Shown: piece by piece, positions 47,917-57,185 of the stretch | Layout of the letters: each line of letters starts with the position of its first letter | Numbering within the stretch: the stretch's first letter is position 1 | Assembly: GCA_020696385.1 (NCBI GenBank) | Contig: JAEHCQ010000001.1 | Coordinates: forward strand, 480,001 to 544,000 | Origin: Methanobacteriota archaeon | GTDB lineage: Archaea; Thermoplasmatota; Thermoplasmata; SG8-5; JAGLSY01 | Length of the DNA: 64,000 bases | Reading direction: 5' to 3' | Translations under genes and position numbers: made by a program | Notes under the pieces: model-generated | The model's input: the letters and a program-made list of their open reading frames with translations, nothing else | Database searches by the model: none | What the model was told of the DNA's origin: nothing

Positions 47917-50250
47917 TCATCCCATCTTATTCCAAAGGGTCTCTCGCCAGGCCTTATCCAATTTCTCAAGTTCAATGTCTATCAAGGTAGACCCATTATG
48001 GGATACCTTCAGAGACTGACCACCAGTTGTACCCAGCTTCGAGATTGGCATTCCGGACATCTTTTCCTCGAATTCCGTTTCAGCGCCTCGAACGACCTCG
48101 ACAAGCCATCTGGTATTTGATTCTGAATAAAGCTCGACAGAAGCAATCTGATCTGAATCGATATTCAGATCCGCCCCTACTCCGCCTCCGATACACATCT
48201 CGGAGATGGACACAGCCAACCCCCCATCAGATATATCATGACAGGCCAGGACATGTCCTTCATCCATCACAGCCAGTACTTTGTCGATGGAATTCTGCAA
48301 ATGAGCTATGTCCACATCCGGGGCATTGTTACAAAAGCCATCGTATTTGCGATATAGCAATGAACCACCCATCTCGTCCTTCGTCTCCCCGATCAGGTAT
48401 ATGGAACTGCCATGGGATTTGATATCGGCTGTTATCGCCTTTCTGATATCCGGAACTATACCAACGCCCATAACTGTGACAGTGGGCAGAATGCTGCCCA
48501 TAGCTGTCTCATTGTAGAAACTGACATTGCCGGATGGTATCGGAAGATCCAATGCCTCGGCAACCTCGCCCAGTCCTTTTACAGCTTGATGGAACTCCCC
48601 CAATCTTTCAGGGATCTCCGGATTGCCAAAGTTCAGGCAATTTGAAAGTGAATGGGGTCTACCGCCAACAGCGACAATGTTCCTGCACATCTCGTCCATC
48701 ACACTCTTTCCACCCTTCAGAGGGTCCACGGAAGTCAACCATGGATTTGCAGCAACCGCGATGGCGAGTCCTCGCCACGAATCTGCAACTGGCTTCATAA
48801 CAGAAGCATCGCCGTGAGTGCTATGTCGAATATCTCCCTGAAGTGGTTTTATCGCAGTCGAGCCTCTCACTTCATGATCATATTGCCTGATCAGCCATTC
48901 CTTCGAACAAACATTGGCATCGGATAGGAGATCGAGCAAAATATCGACATTATCACTTGGAAGCACTGGTAATTTGGTCTCGGCCTTCAGATCGGGCTTG
49001 ACATGTGCCATTGGTCTACAATATTCTGGTCCCCCAGTAAGGAATTCCAGGTCAACCTCGAGAATGACGGTGCCATCAAAGAACACACGGGCTATTTTCT
49101 CGGGGATCACCTTGCCCATGAGAGTGGCTGGTACATCATATTTCTTGAAGACCTGCATGACCTTGTCAATATTATCATCTGAAACAGCCAGCATCATCCT
49201 TTCCTGCGATTCGGAGACCCATATCTCCCAGGGAAGAAGTCCTTCTTCCTTGGTTGGGACTCGATCCAGATGCACATCGACACCATATCCGGCGGCAAAG
49301 GCCAGCTCTCCACAGACACATGATAATCCACCCCCACCCAGGTCTTTCATACCTGTGATAAGCTTCTTCTGACCAACCTCTAAGATGGCGTGTATAAGTG
49401 GCTCTTTCATAATGGGGTCGCCCAGCTGGACCGCCCCTCTTGATTCTGTTTCTGATTTGTCGGTAAGCACGGCGGAGGCAAAGGTAACGCCGTGTATTCC
49501 ATCACGGCCAGTGAATCCTCCCACCAGGATCAGATTATCTCCAACCCCTCCGACCTTATTCTCATAAAGGTCCTCTTTCTTGGCTATTCCCACACAGCCG
49601 ACATTGACCAGGCAATTGCCCAGATATGAATCGTCAAAATATACTCCACCGCTGACAGTGGGTATTCCGATCCTGTTACCATAGTCCCTGATACCCGATA
49701 CCACCCCGCTAAGAAGGTATGTGGGGTGTTTCGTACCCTTCGGGATCTGATCATGCGGATGATCCAGTGAGCCGAAGAAAAGAGGGTCTATGAGAGCTAT
49801 TGGCTGACATCCCATGCATAGGACATCCCTGACAATTCCCCCTATGCCAGTTGCTGCTCCCCCATATGGTTCGACAGCACTTGGGTGATTGTGTGACTCG
49901 ATTCTCAATGAGTACGCGTACTTCTCATCGAACTCCATCACACCGGCATCTCCACGGTCTATCACCTGTGAATTATCGATGCCGAATACGAAATCCCTCA
50001 AGATGGATTTCGAACTTTTGTAACAGCAATGTTCGGACCATGCCTGGCCAAGGGATTGTAACTCAACATCAGTGGGGTTTCGGCCTAGGGTATCAAAATG
50101 TAATTTGATCCTCTTGAGCTCGTCCACACTGAGGCCTGTTCCACTTTCCTGGCCAAGAGCCTCAAGGTCATCATCACTGGCCTTGTCAAGCAAGACCTCG
50201 AAGAAAGGGAATGAGGCTTCCAGTTTCTTGTACAGATGATCGGCTTTCAA
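47917..50250 (-). CDS. purL: Phosphoribosylformylglycinamidine synthase subunit PurL
   Basis: WSEHCCYKSS, ESHNHPS, GAATGIGG, SESQERM, NCLNFGNPE, GNVSFYN; TTG start. Confidence 0.96.
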   Translation of the reverse strand: MKADHLYKKLEASFPFFEVLLDKASDDDLEALGQESGTGLSVDELKRIKLHFDTLGRNPTDVELQSLGQAWSEHCCYKSSKSILRDFVFGIDNSQVIDRGDAGVMEFDEKYAYSLRIESHNHPSAVEPYGGAATGIGGIVRDVLCMGCQPIALIDPLFFGSLDHPHDQIPKGTKHPTYLLSGVVSGIRDYGNRIGIPTVSGGVYFDDSYLGNCLVNVGCVGIAKKEDLYENKVGGVGDNLILVGGFTGRDGIHGVTFASAVLTDKSETESRGAVQLGDPIMKEPLIHAILEVGQKKLITGMKDLGGGGLSCVCGELAFAAGYGVDVHLDRVPTKEEGLLPWEIWVSESQERMMLAVSDDNIDKVMQVFKKYDVPATLMGKVIPEKIARVFFDGTVILEVDLEFLTGGPEYCRPMAHVKPDLKAETKLPVLPSDNVDILLDLLSDANVCSKEWLIRQYDHEVRGSTAIKPLQGDIRHSTHGDASVMKPVADSWRGLAIAVAANPWLTSVDPLKGGKSVMDEMCRNIVAVGGRPHSLSNCLNFGNPEIPERLGEFHQAVKGLGEVAEALDLPIPSGNVSFYNETAMGSILPTVTVMGVGIVPDIRKAITADIKSHGSSIYLIGETKDEMGGSLLYRKYDGFCNNAPDVDIAHLQNSIDKVLAVMDEGHVLACHDISDGGLAVSISEMCIGGGVGADLNIDSDQIASVELYSESNTRWLVEVVRGAETEFEEKMSGMPISKLGTTGGQSLKVSHNGSTLIDIELEKLDKAWRETLWNKMG

Positions 50251-50252
50251 TC

Positions 50253-50501
50253 CTACACCTCTTTGATGTTTATCAGAGGAATGTGGATAACCGGATTAGC
50301 GAGAAGCTTGACACACATATCATCCATCATGGCTTTGGCCTCGGCTTCCGAACTGGCATCCAGAGTTATCGTGAAAAACTTAGAGGTCTTCACTTCTGTA
50401 ACCTTGTCAAAACCCAATAGGTCCAATGCCTTCTTGGTATTCTTTCCCTCTGGATCGGCTACTCCTTTCTTTAGCTCCACTCTTACTTCTGCTTCGAACA
50501 T
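50253..50501 (-). CDS. purS: Phosphoribosylformylglycinamidine synthase subunit PurS
   Basis: LKKGVADPEG, MCVKLLANPVI. Confidence 0.93.
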   Translation of the reverse strand: MFEAEVRVELKKGVADPEGKNTKKALDLLGFDKVTEVKTSKFFTITLDASSEAEAKAMMDDMCVKLLANPVIHIPLINIKEV

Positions 50502-50532
50502 GGTATCACTGTGGAAGGTGATAACAACGAGC

Positions 50533-50926
50533 TATTAATTATTACCGAACGAGCATGTGAGGGCGAGTTTTTTTTTGGATTGGAAACCTTGTTCTTTTGG
50601 AGCCCGAGCCAGCACAGTGAGGTTAAAAGAAAAGGCTTCCGGGGGTAGCAAAGACATATTAATTATTACCGAACGAGCATGTGAGGGCGAGTTTTTTTTT
50701 GGATTGGAAACCTTGTTCTTTTTTAGTTGTTGACAAAGTCCATGCAACTATTTTGTCAAGCTTGCTTGATTAGGGAGCCCGAGCCAGCACAGTGAGGTTG
50801 AGGGCTCAATAAAGCTAAAGCATTGTGAGCCCTTATTGAATACATTCCAAGCTAATACCTAGGTATTATAGCTTGGAGATATTCGATAAAAGAAAAGGCT
50901 TCCGGGGGTAGCGAGGGGCTATTAAT
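50533..50926 (+). repeat. Tandem of two units of modular repeat family A
   Basis: Identical blocks: 66 bp (50533-50598 = 50657-50722), 26 bp (50599-50624 = 50774-50799), 25 bp (50625-50649 = 50888-50912); TATTAAT at 50533, 50657 and 50920. Confidence 0.9.
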
Positions 50927-51025
50927 GATTTATTGAATAATCCTACTATAATCCTTAAGGATTACAGAATCTGAAAGCTATGTGTCAAAAACTTAATATT
51001 GGACATTTGTATTGACTCGAGTACA

Positions 51026-52588
51026 ATGCCTAAAGGAAAAATGAAAAGAATGGGTCGGAGAAGCTCCGGAATAAAGTCAGCATCCAAAGGGCAACAGGAC
51101 AAGCTTAATAAGAGAGCGAGAAAGCTGGCGGAAAAGCCCAGTCTGTTGATCCCAGAGTGCATCGGGGAATGCAGGAGCTGCGATCTTGAGAAGCTGGAAG
51201 CCAAACTCATCAAGATTAGCAAGTTCAGAGGTAATTCAAATGCACTTCAGAAGCTGGCCAAATCAGGAGGACAGCTGGAAAGAGCATATGCTGTGATGCT
51301 CATTCTTGATGAAGAGGATTCGGCCCCGTTCCTGGGAGTGGCCAAGATGCCCAGCGGGGAGGTCAGCTACGCCAATAGAGGCAAGGTGAAAAAGGAGATC
51401 CTGATAGGAGTTCAGCATTATGACGACACGAAGTTCGGACTTCTAGCCTATTCGGATTTCGCATTGAAGAAGAATCTTCATCTATACTACACTCCTGAAG
51501 GTATCAAATGTTCTGGCAAAGTGGCTGACTATCCAAAAGAGCTCATAGCCGCTGTACTGAAGGATGTGGACTATACTTTCAACAGATCAGGCAATACATA
51601 TCGATGCCAGCATTGTGCTTCTGGTGATGTTGGGGGAAAGCTGACATTGAGGATCAGATCTGCTGATATGACATTCGAAATATGTAGGACTTGCCTGAAA
51701 GATAAAGAGAACTTGTTCAGAGCATTCTCGAATAGAGCATTGGTGCAGGATCCAGAGGCAGATTTTGATATCGATCTGGACTACTCACTGACATGTGTAT
51801 CGGATAGCTGCTCTGTAGGAGATCTGTTCATAAAAACAAAGCAAATATTGAAAGCATATACTGCTGGTCAGATATCTGATAAGGCTTTGATGGATGCATA
51901 TTCCTCAGAAGTGATGAAGAAGATCCATGACATGGACACGAAGATGCTGGTCATTGGTGGCAGATGCTTCGAAGATGATACAGACAAGTTCATAGAGGCT
52001 CTCAGACCATCAAAAATTGAGAAGAAAGCTCTTCAATACGTTCTAGGCAAGGTCAAAGAGCCAGTCATTATAGATTCGGCAACAGCCAGCGCGGTTCTTT
52101 CCATGTATTGGGAGGAATTGGGAGAAGGCGCGATCAATGCGGTCATTGACGACATGCCTCTTGCAAAGAAGATATACTCCGGGGCAAAAGGATCGGGTAT
52201 CACACCATCTCATATTCTCAAGGATGCTGACGCACGTAAGAAAGCAGAGGATGCTCTGGGACAATTACCAGAGCTAAAGGAATTGGGGAAACTGTCCAAA
52301 TATGCTGATAATATAGTTCGAACCTACAGAGCTTATGGGACGGAAGAAACAATGAAGATCATAGAGAAGGGACAGGGCGGTAATACCAAGACCAAGTCCA
52401 TATCATGTAGTTTCTATGATGCCATGGGCTTGCTGAAGGGAAAGGAATGGCTCTTCACCAAGGAAGAATTAGACTATGGCCGATATCTATCAGAATTTTC
52501 CAAGATACTATTGGATGCCGAGCCAGATGATTATAAGGAAGCATTGCAGAATCTCATGACTGCCAGTGGCTCTGGCGAGACCATTTGA
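51026..52588 (+). CDS. Hypothetical Cys-rich protein
   Basis: 520-aa ORF, basic N-terminus, several CxxC/CxxxC clusters (PECIGECRSC, CQHC, CRTC). Confidence 0.75.
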   Translation: MPKGKMKRMGRRSSGIKSASKGQQDKLNKRARKLAEKPSLLIPECIGECRSCDLEKLEAKLIKISKFRGNSNALQKLAKSGGQLERAYAVMLILDEEDSAPFLGVAKMPSGEVSYANRGKVKKEILIGVQHYDDTKFGLLAYSDFALKKNLHLYYTPEGIKCSGKVADYPKELIAAVLKDVDYTFNRSGNTYRCQHCASGDVGGKLTLRIRSADMTFEICRTCLKDKENLFRAFSNRALVQDPEADFDIDLDYSLTCVSDSCSVGDLFIKTKQILKAYTAGQISDKALMDAYSSEVMKKIHDMDTKMLVIGGRCFEDDTDKFIEALRPSKIEKKALQYVLGKVKEPVIIDSATASAVLSMYWEELGEGAINAVIDDMPLAKKIYSGAKGSGITPSHILKDADARKKAEDALGQLPELKELGKLSKYADNIVRTYRAYGTEETMKIIEKGQGGNTKTKSISCSFYDAMGLLKGKEWLFTKEELDYGRYLSEFSKILLDAEPDDYKEALQNLMTASGSGETI

Positions 52589-52673
52589 TAGGCCACCACA
52601 GAATATCATATAGCCAGGATTATGATTATATAATTAAATACAAAGTATAATATATAAACCCTTCAATTTACCT

Positions 52674-53270
52674 ATGGTGAATATTATGGATGATAAACCA
52701 ATCAATACGGGAGAAGTAGCACCGCCAGCACCTCAGGAGACACCAATGCCTCCGATGGAATCGGCACCTGCCCCTCCTCCCCAGGATGCGCCAGCACCGG
52801 AGAAATCCGGCGGTGGAAAGGGAATGATAGTGGCCATTGCAGTTATCGCGGTGGTTGCGATCGTGGTCATAGCCTTTGTTTTCATGGGAGCTGAAACTGA
52901 TGCAGAAAAGCTCGAAGGAACATGGTCAATAGGTGGCGGTTCGATCAGTGGATCAATGACCGTTAACAATGATACGGCCAATACCACGACCATCTCGGAT
53001 ACAATACCAGTCAATGAGAGTGTGACCATCACATTCGTGGATGGAACAGCATCCATCGAAGAAGTGCAACTAAAGGATTTCGAAGATGGTAAGTTCACGG
53101 TGCCAGAACTAGAATTTGGAGATGTTGAATTCGGCGAGGTCGAGGGTACATATGACCTTGACGGCGATGTACTGACCATAACCATAACCGCATCAACCAC
53201 CTTTGTAGATCCAATGGACGGCTACTTTGAAGTGGACATGACAATAACCGAGACCTTCAACAGAGTTTAG
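52674..53270 (+). CDS. Membrane-anchored protein: Pro-rich N-terminus, one TM, lipocalin-like beta domain
   Basis: APPAP-rich start, hydrophobic IVAIAVIAVVAIVVIAFVFM, LEGTW motif. Confidence 0.65.
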   Translation: MVNIMDDKPINTGEVAPPAPQETPMPPMESAPAPPPQDAPAPEKSGGGKGMIVAIAVIAVVAIVVIAFVFMGAETDAEKLEGTWSIGGGSISGSMTVNNDTANTTTISDTIPVNESVTITFVDGTASIEEVQLKDFEDGKFTVPELEFGDVEFGEVEGTYDLDGDVLTITITASTTFVDPMDGYFEVDMTITETFNRV

Positions 53271-53286
53271 GCAAACAGACAGGTAA

Positions 53287-53314
53287 TGGCCTTCGGGCCA
53301 CCTCTTTCCTTTTT
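53287..53314 (+). terminator. C(UUCG)G stem-loop + U-tract terminator
   Basis: TGGCC-TTCG-GGCCA then CCTCTTTCCTTTTT. Confidence 0.7.
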
Positions 53315-53422
53315 CATATTTTCATGCAATAGATAGAGCTCTCTTCTCGAAAATGTGTATATTATTGTAATAGCTCTCCTATCATTAACTATATATATTG
53401 TGTCCAATTTTTCCTTTTCCAT

Positions 53423-54187
53423 ATGATATTAGTAAAACTTGGGGGCAGTGTTATAACCGATAAATCCAGGGAGATGACTCCCAGGATGGATGTGATAGCC
53501 AGACTCACCCAGGAAATAGCGGATTCCGGACAGCAATGTCTGATCATCCACGGTGCTGGATCCTACGGTCATATCAAGGCCAAGCAATATTGTCTTCAGG
53601 ATGGTATTGGCCACCCTGAACACAAACAAGGTATCGATGAGGTCCAGATGGACATGAGAAAGCTCAATGGCCTGGTCGTTGATGCATTTCACGCCAGTGG
53701 AATGTCAGTTGCCAGCATACCGGCAGGTGCGATTTCCATATTCGAGGATGGAAAGATCGTGGAGCTTCCGGCCAATGTCTTCAAGCATTATCTGGACATT
53801 GGTATAACTCCTATCAGCTTCGGAGATGTGGTAGTTGACAGGAAAAGAGGGGTTTGCATCTGCTCGGGTGATGATATCATGACCCATCTAGCCAAGGAGC
53901 TGGATATTAAAAAATGCATATTTGTTACCTCCGAAGATGGTATATTCTCGCACTACCCGCCAGATGAGAATGAGGGCCCAATACCAGATATCAAGCATGG
54001 CCAGGATATTGAATTTACATCGATGAATACCGACGTAACCGGTGGTATGGAAAGAAAGCTCGAACTTATATTCAACATCACCTCTACAGGTTGTGATGTG
54101 ATCCTTCTGAATGGCCTTGTGCCAGGCAGATTAAAGGATGCTCTTGAAGGAAAGGAGATAACAGGAACGAAAGTTAGAGGTGACTAG
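53423..54187 (+). CDS. ipk: Isopentenyl phosphate kinase
   Basis: VKLGGSVITDK, IHGAGSYGH, GDVV, SGDD, DVTGGM; upstream of fni. Confidence 0.9.
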   Translation: MILVKLGGSVITDKSREMTPRMDVIARLTQEIADSGQQCLIIHGAGSYGHIKAKQYCLQDGIGHPEHKQGIDEVQMDMRKLNGLVVDAFHASGMSVASIPAGAISIFEDGKIVELPANVFKHYLDIGITPISFGDVVVDRKRGVCICSGDDIMTHLAKELDIKKCIFVTSEDGIFSHYPPDENEGPIPDIKHGQDIEFTSMNTDVTGGMERKLELIFNITSTGCDVILLNGLVPGRLKDALEGKEITGTKVRGD

Positions 54188-54188
54188 A

Positions 54189-55250
54189 ATGGTTATGCCA
54201 AGAAAAGCCCAGCATATTGATATATGCCTGAATGAGCAGGTGGATTCCGACATAGATTACTGGACGGATATTACGCTGATACACAATGCCCTGCCAGAGA
54301 TAGATATGGACGAGATAGACACCTCTATCGAGCTTTTCGGGAAGAAGCTGCAAGCCCCCATTGTGATCGCCGCCATAACTGGAGGATTCGATGGAGCGAC
54401 CGAGATCAACCGAAACCTGGCCATAGGAGCTGGCCGTGTGGGTGTCGGCATGGGGATAGGAAGCCAAAGAGCGGCCATTGAGGAACCGGAAATGGCCGGA
54501 ACCTATGATGTTGTCAAAGGGAACGATGTGCCTTTGATGATCGGTAATATTGGTGCCCCCCAGCTCATACAGCAAGGAGAAAAAGCTGCCTTTGGCATAG
54601 ATGCATGCGAGGCCGCGATGGACATGATAGATGCTGATATACTGGCTATTCATCTGAACTTCGCCCAGGAGATAGGGCAGATAGAGGGAGACACAAAGGC
54701 CAGGGGTTGCCTGGAGGCCATAAGGCAGGTTGCGGGAGAATTACCTGTCATTGCCAAGGAAACTGGAGCTGGCCTGTCAAATGACGTTGCAACACGCTTG
54801 AAAGATGCAGGTGTGCGAGGGTTTGATATTGGCGGCATGAGTGGCACCAGCTTCTCCGCTGTGGAATTCCACAGAGCCGTGAGGGACGATAATACAAGAT
54901 TGAAAAGAATGGGAGACACCTTCTGGAACTGGGGTATCCCCACACCGATATCACTCAAAATGGCAGATGTCGGTTTGCCCATGATAGCAACTGGTGGAAT
55001 AAAGAATGGATTGGATGTCGCCAGAAGTATCACGATGGGCGCATCCGCTGCTGGCATTGCCAAGCAGGTATTGGCAGCCGCGATGGATAGTGGGGATGCT
55101 GTGGAAGCAGAACTTAGATTAATAATATCAGAATTGAAGGGTTCGATGTTCCTAACAGGTTGCAGGAACATTGAAGAATTGGCTGGTACCAGCAAGGTAA
55201 TAACTGGTATCACCGCAACCTGGTTCGAAGGTCTTGGAGGGATGGGATGA
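54189..55250 (+). CDS. fni: Type 2 isopentenyl-diphosphate delta-isomerase
   Basis: RKAQHI, HNALPE, GIGSQR, HLNFAQE, KETGAG, GTSF, WGIPT. Confidence 0.95.
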   Translation: MVMPRKAQHIDICLNEQVDSDIDYWTDITLIHNALPEIDMDEIDTSIELFGKKLQAPIVIAAITGGFDGATEINRNLAIGAGRVGVGMGIGSQRAAIEEPEMAGTYDVVKGNDVPLMIGNIGAPQLIQQGEKAAFGIDACEAAMDMIDADILAIHLNFAQEIGQIEGDTKARGCLEAIRQVAGELPVIAKETGAGLSNDVATRLKDAGVRGFDIGGMSGTSFSAVEFHRAVRDDNTRLKRMGDTFWNWGIPTPISLKMADVGLPMIATGGIKNGLDVARSITMGASAAGIAKQVLAAAMDSGDAVEAELRLIISELKGSMFLTGCRNIEELAGTSKVITGITATWFEGLGGMG

Positions 55251-56347
55251 AAAGAATGAAAAGAAAAGAGATAAGAAGCAAATATATCACAGTGGATGGC
55301 ATAGAGAAAGAAAGTGAATTCCTCGATTTCCTTGTAGAAAATCGAGATGCCATCAAAGATGAGATATTCAATTTTGTTCCAAAGAAATCCGAGATCGAGC
55401 CAGAGGAATACGGGATGCATCACCACAAAGAGATGCTATCCGAATACCCTGATAGAGGTGGCAAATATGTTCGACCAGGATTGGTTCTTTTGTCCGCTAT
55501 GGCTAATAAAACAGATATGACAAAAGCAATGAAAACCGCTGCAGCCATGGAGATATCCGAGGACTGGATACTCATACATGATGATTTTGAGGATCATTCT
55601 CTGGAAAGGAGGGGGAAACCATCCCTGCCTGTTCTGTATGGGGATGAGCTTTCAGTGAACGCTGGAGACCACCTTCACCTTATCATGTGGGACGTCCTTA
55701 TGTCAAACCAGGAGACCCTGGGCATAGACAAGACCATGGAATTATATCATGAATTGAACAGCCTTTTGCAAAGAACCTGCGAAGGCCAGTTCCTCGAGAT
55801 AGGATGGACCACTGGTAGGAAGCTGATAACCGAGGATGAGTACTTCGCCATGGTGGACCGGAAAACATGCTGGTACACGATCATCGGACCTCTGAGACTT
55901 GGAGCTATTGTTTCAGAGAACAAGAAAGCGATGGATAGCTTGGTCGAATTCGGCCTTCCATTGGGAAGAGCATTCCAGATCCACGATGACTGGCTCAATG
56001 TCTTTAGCAATAATACTGGAAAGGAACTGGGCGGAGATATCGTAGAGGGAAAGCGCACACTTCTTCTGATAAAGCTTCTTGATGAACTGAAAAAAGCTGG
56101 AGAGGATGATAAACTTGCCTGGGTGAAGAACCTATTCAGTATGGACAGGACCCAGAGAGACTTCTTCATGACCAAGCAAATGATCGACCTATACGAAGAA
56201 TATGGCATCAGGGACATGGTCAGGAACATCACACTGGAATACGCTGAAAAGGCGAAGAAGCAGATAAGGAATATACCTGGCTTCAATGATAATCAAAGAG
56301 ATATATTCGAGGATGCTGTGGATTTCCTTGTGAACAGAGGCCATTAA
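55247..56347 (+). CDS. Polyprenyl (probably geranylgeranyl) diphosphate synthase
   Basis: GGKYVRP, IHDDFED..RRG, GQFLE, KT, FQIHDD, GDIVEGKRT. Confidence 0.88.
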   Translation: MKRMKRKEIRSKYITVDGIEKESEFLDFLVENRDAIKDEIFNFVPKKSEIEPEEYGMHHHKEMLSEYPDRGGKYVRPGLVLLSAMANKTDMTKAMKTAAAMEISEDWILIHDDFEDHSLERRGKPSLPVLYGDELSVNAGDHLHLIMWDVLMSNQETLGIDKTMELYHELNSLLQRTCEGQFLEIGWTTGRKLITEDEYFAMVDRKTCWYTIIGPLRLGAIVSENKKAMDSLVEFGLPLGRAFQIHDDWLNVFSNNTGKELGGDIVEGKRTLLLIKLLDELKKAGEDDKLAWVKNLFSMDRTQRDFFMTKQMIDLYEEYGIRDMVRNITLEYAEKAKKQIRNIPGFNDNQRDIFEDAVDFLVNRGH

Positions 56348-56352
56348 GGGTT

Positions 56353-56416
56353 TTCTTCTAATCGCCTATATTCTGCATATCACTAGCGATTAGAAGAACT
56401 AACACGTATCTATTCA
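56353..56416 (+). repeat. Palindromic repeat family B, copy 3 (between convergent prenyltransferase and radB)
   Basis: TTCTTCTAATCGCCTATATTCTGCATATCACTAGCGATTAGAAGAACTAACACGTATCTATTCA. Confidence 0.85.
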
Positions 56417-56421
56417 GTTAA

Positions 56422-57108
56422 TCATTTGAGTGTTTGTTCCATACATTCAAGGCCATTCCCAGTGATCTTGACAATGGCCTTCTTACCCTCGGCCCTCGAC
56501 CTGTGCTTCATGATAACAACTTCCCTTAGACCGGAACCTATCTTATCCATTCTTATTATGGTCTTGGCATTGTGATGCAGAACATGACCACCCAAGGGCT
56601 TGAATATTCCAACATCCACATCTGTGAATACCTGACTTGTGAGGATCACGGCGATCCTTTTCTTTCTACAAAGCCGAAGCAGGGCTGTTATCTGCTTCGT
56701 TAGGGAGCGCCGTTCACCGCGCTCCGTATCATGACTGGATTCAATTCGATAATGCAAGGTGGCAGAATCAAGTATCACCAATCCAATATCATCATTCTTC
56801 TGAGAAAGGTTCACTGCCTTGTCCACGATATTCTCCTGCTCATCAAAGGCATATGGCTCGAATATCAATAGATTCTTCATTATCAGATCGCAATCATCAC
56901 CGCATATCTGATCTATCCTGTCCTGGGACAGACCTTCAGTGTCGATGTACACGACCTTCTTTCCAGATAGGATCGTTTCCTTCGCTATCTGGATGCAGAA
57001 ATTTGTCTTACCGCTTCCTGCTTCACCATAGACAAGGGAGATGGTCCCCAATTCGACGCCGCCTCCAAGAAGCTCGTCTATCACATCACAACCAGTAGAA
57101 ATTCTCAT
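56422..57108 (-). CDS. radB: DNA repair and recombination protein RadB
   Basis: GEAGSGKT, YIDTEGLS, LDS, PLGG, C-terminal KHR motif; no RadA N-domain. Confidence 0.92.
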   Translation of the reverse strand: MRISTGCDVIDELLGGGVELGTISLVYGEAGSGKTNFCIQIAKETILSGKKVVYIDTEGLSQDRIDQICGDDCDLIMKNLLIFEPYAFDEQENIVDKAVNLSQKNDDIGLVILDSATLHYRIESSHDTERGERRSLTKQITALLRLCRKKRIAVILTSQVFTDVDVGIFKPLGGHVLHHNAKTIIRMDKIGSGLREVVIMKHRSRAEGKKAIVKITGNGLECMEQTLK

Positions 57109-57185
57109 GCCGACCTCCATGATAATGTGATAAGGGACATTAAACCTTCGTTTATAACGTACTTACTTCGCCATCGCGGCTTCCA

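Noticed and set aside
50533-50926. Possible CRISPR array
   Set aside because: Only two units, repeat blocks of unequal length, no regular spacers and no cas genes
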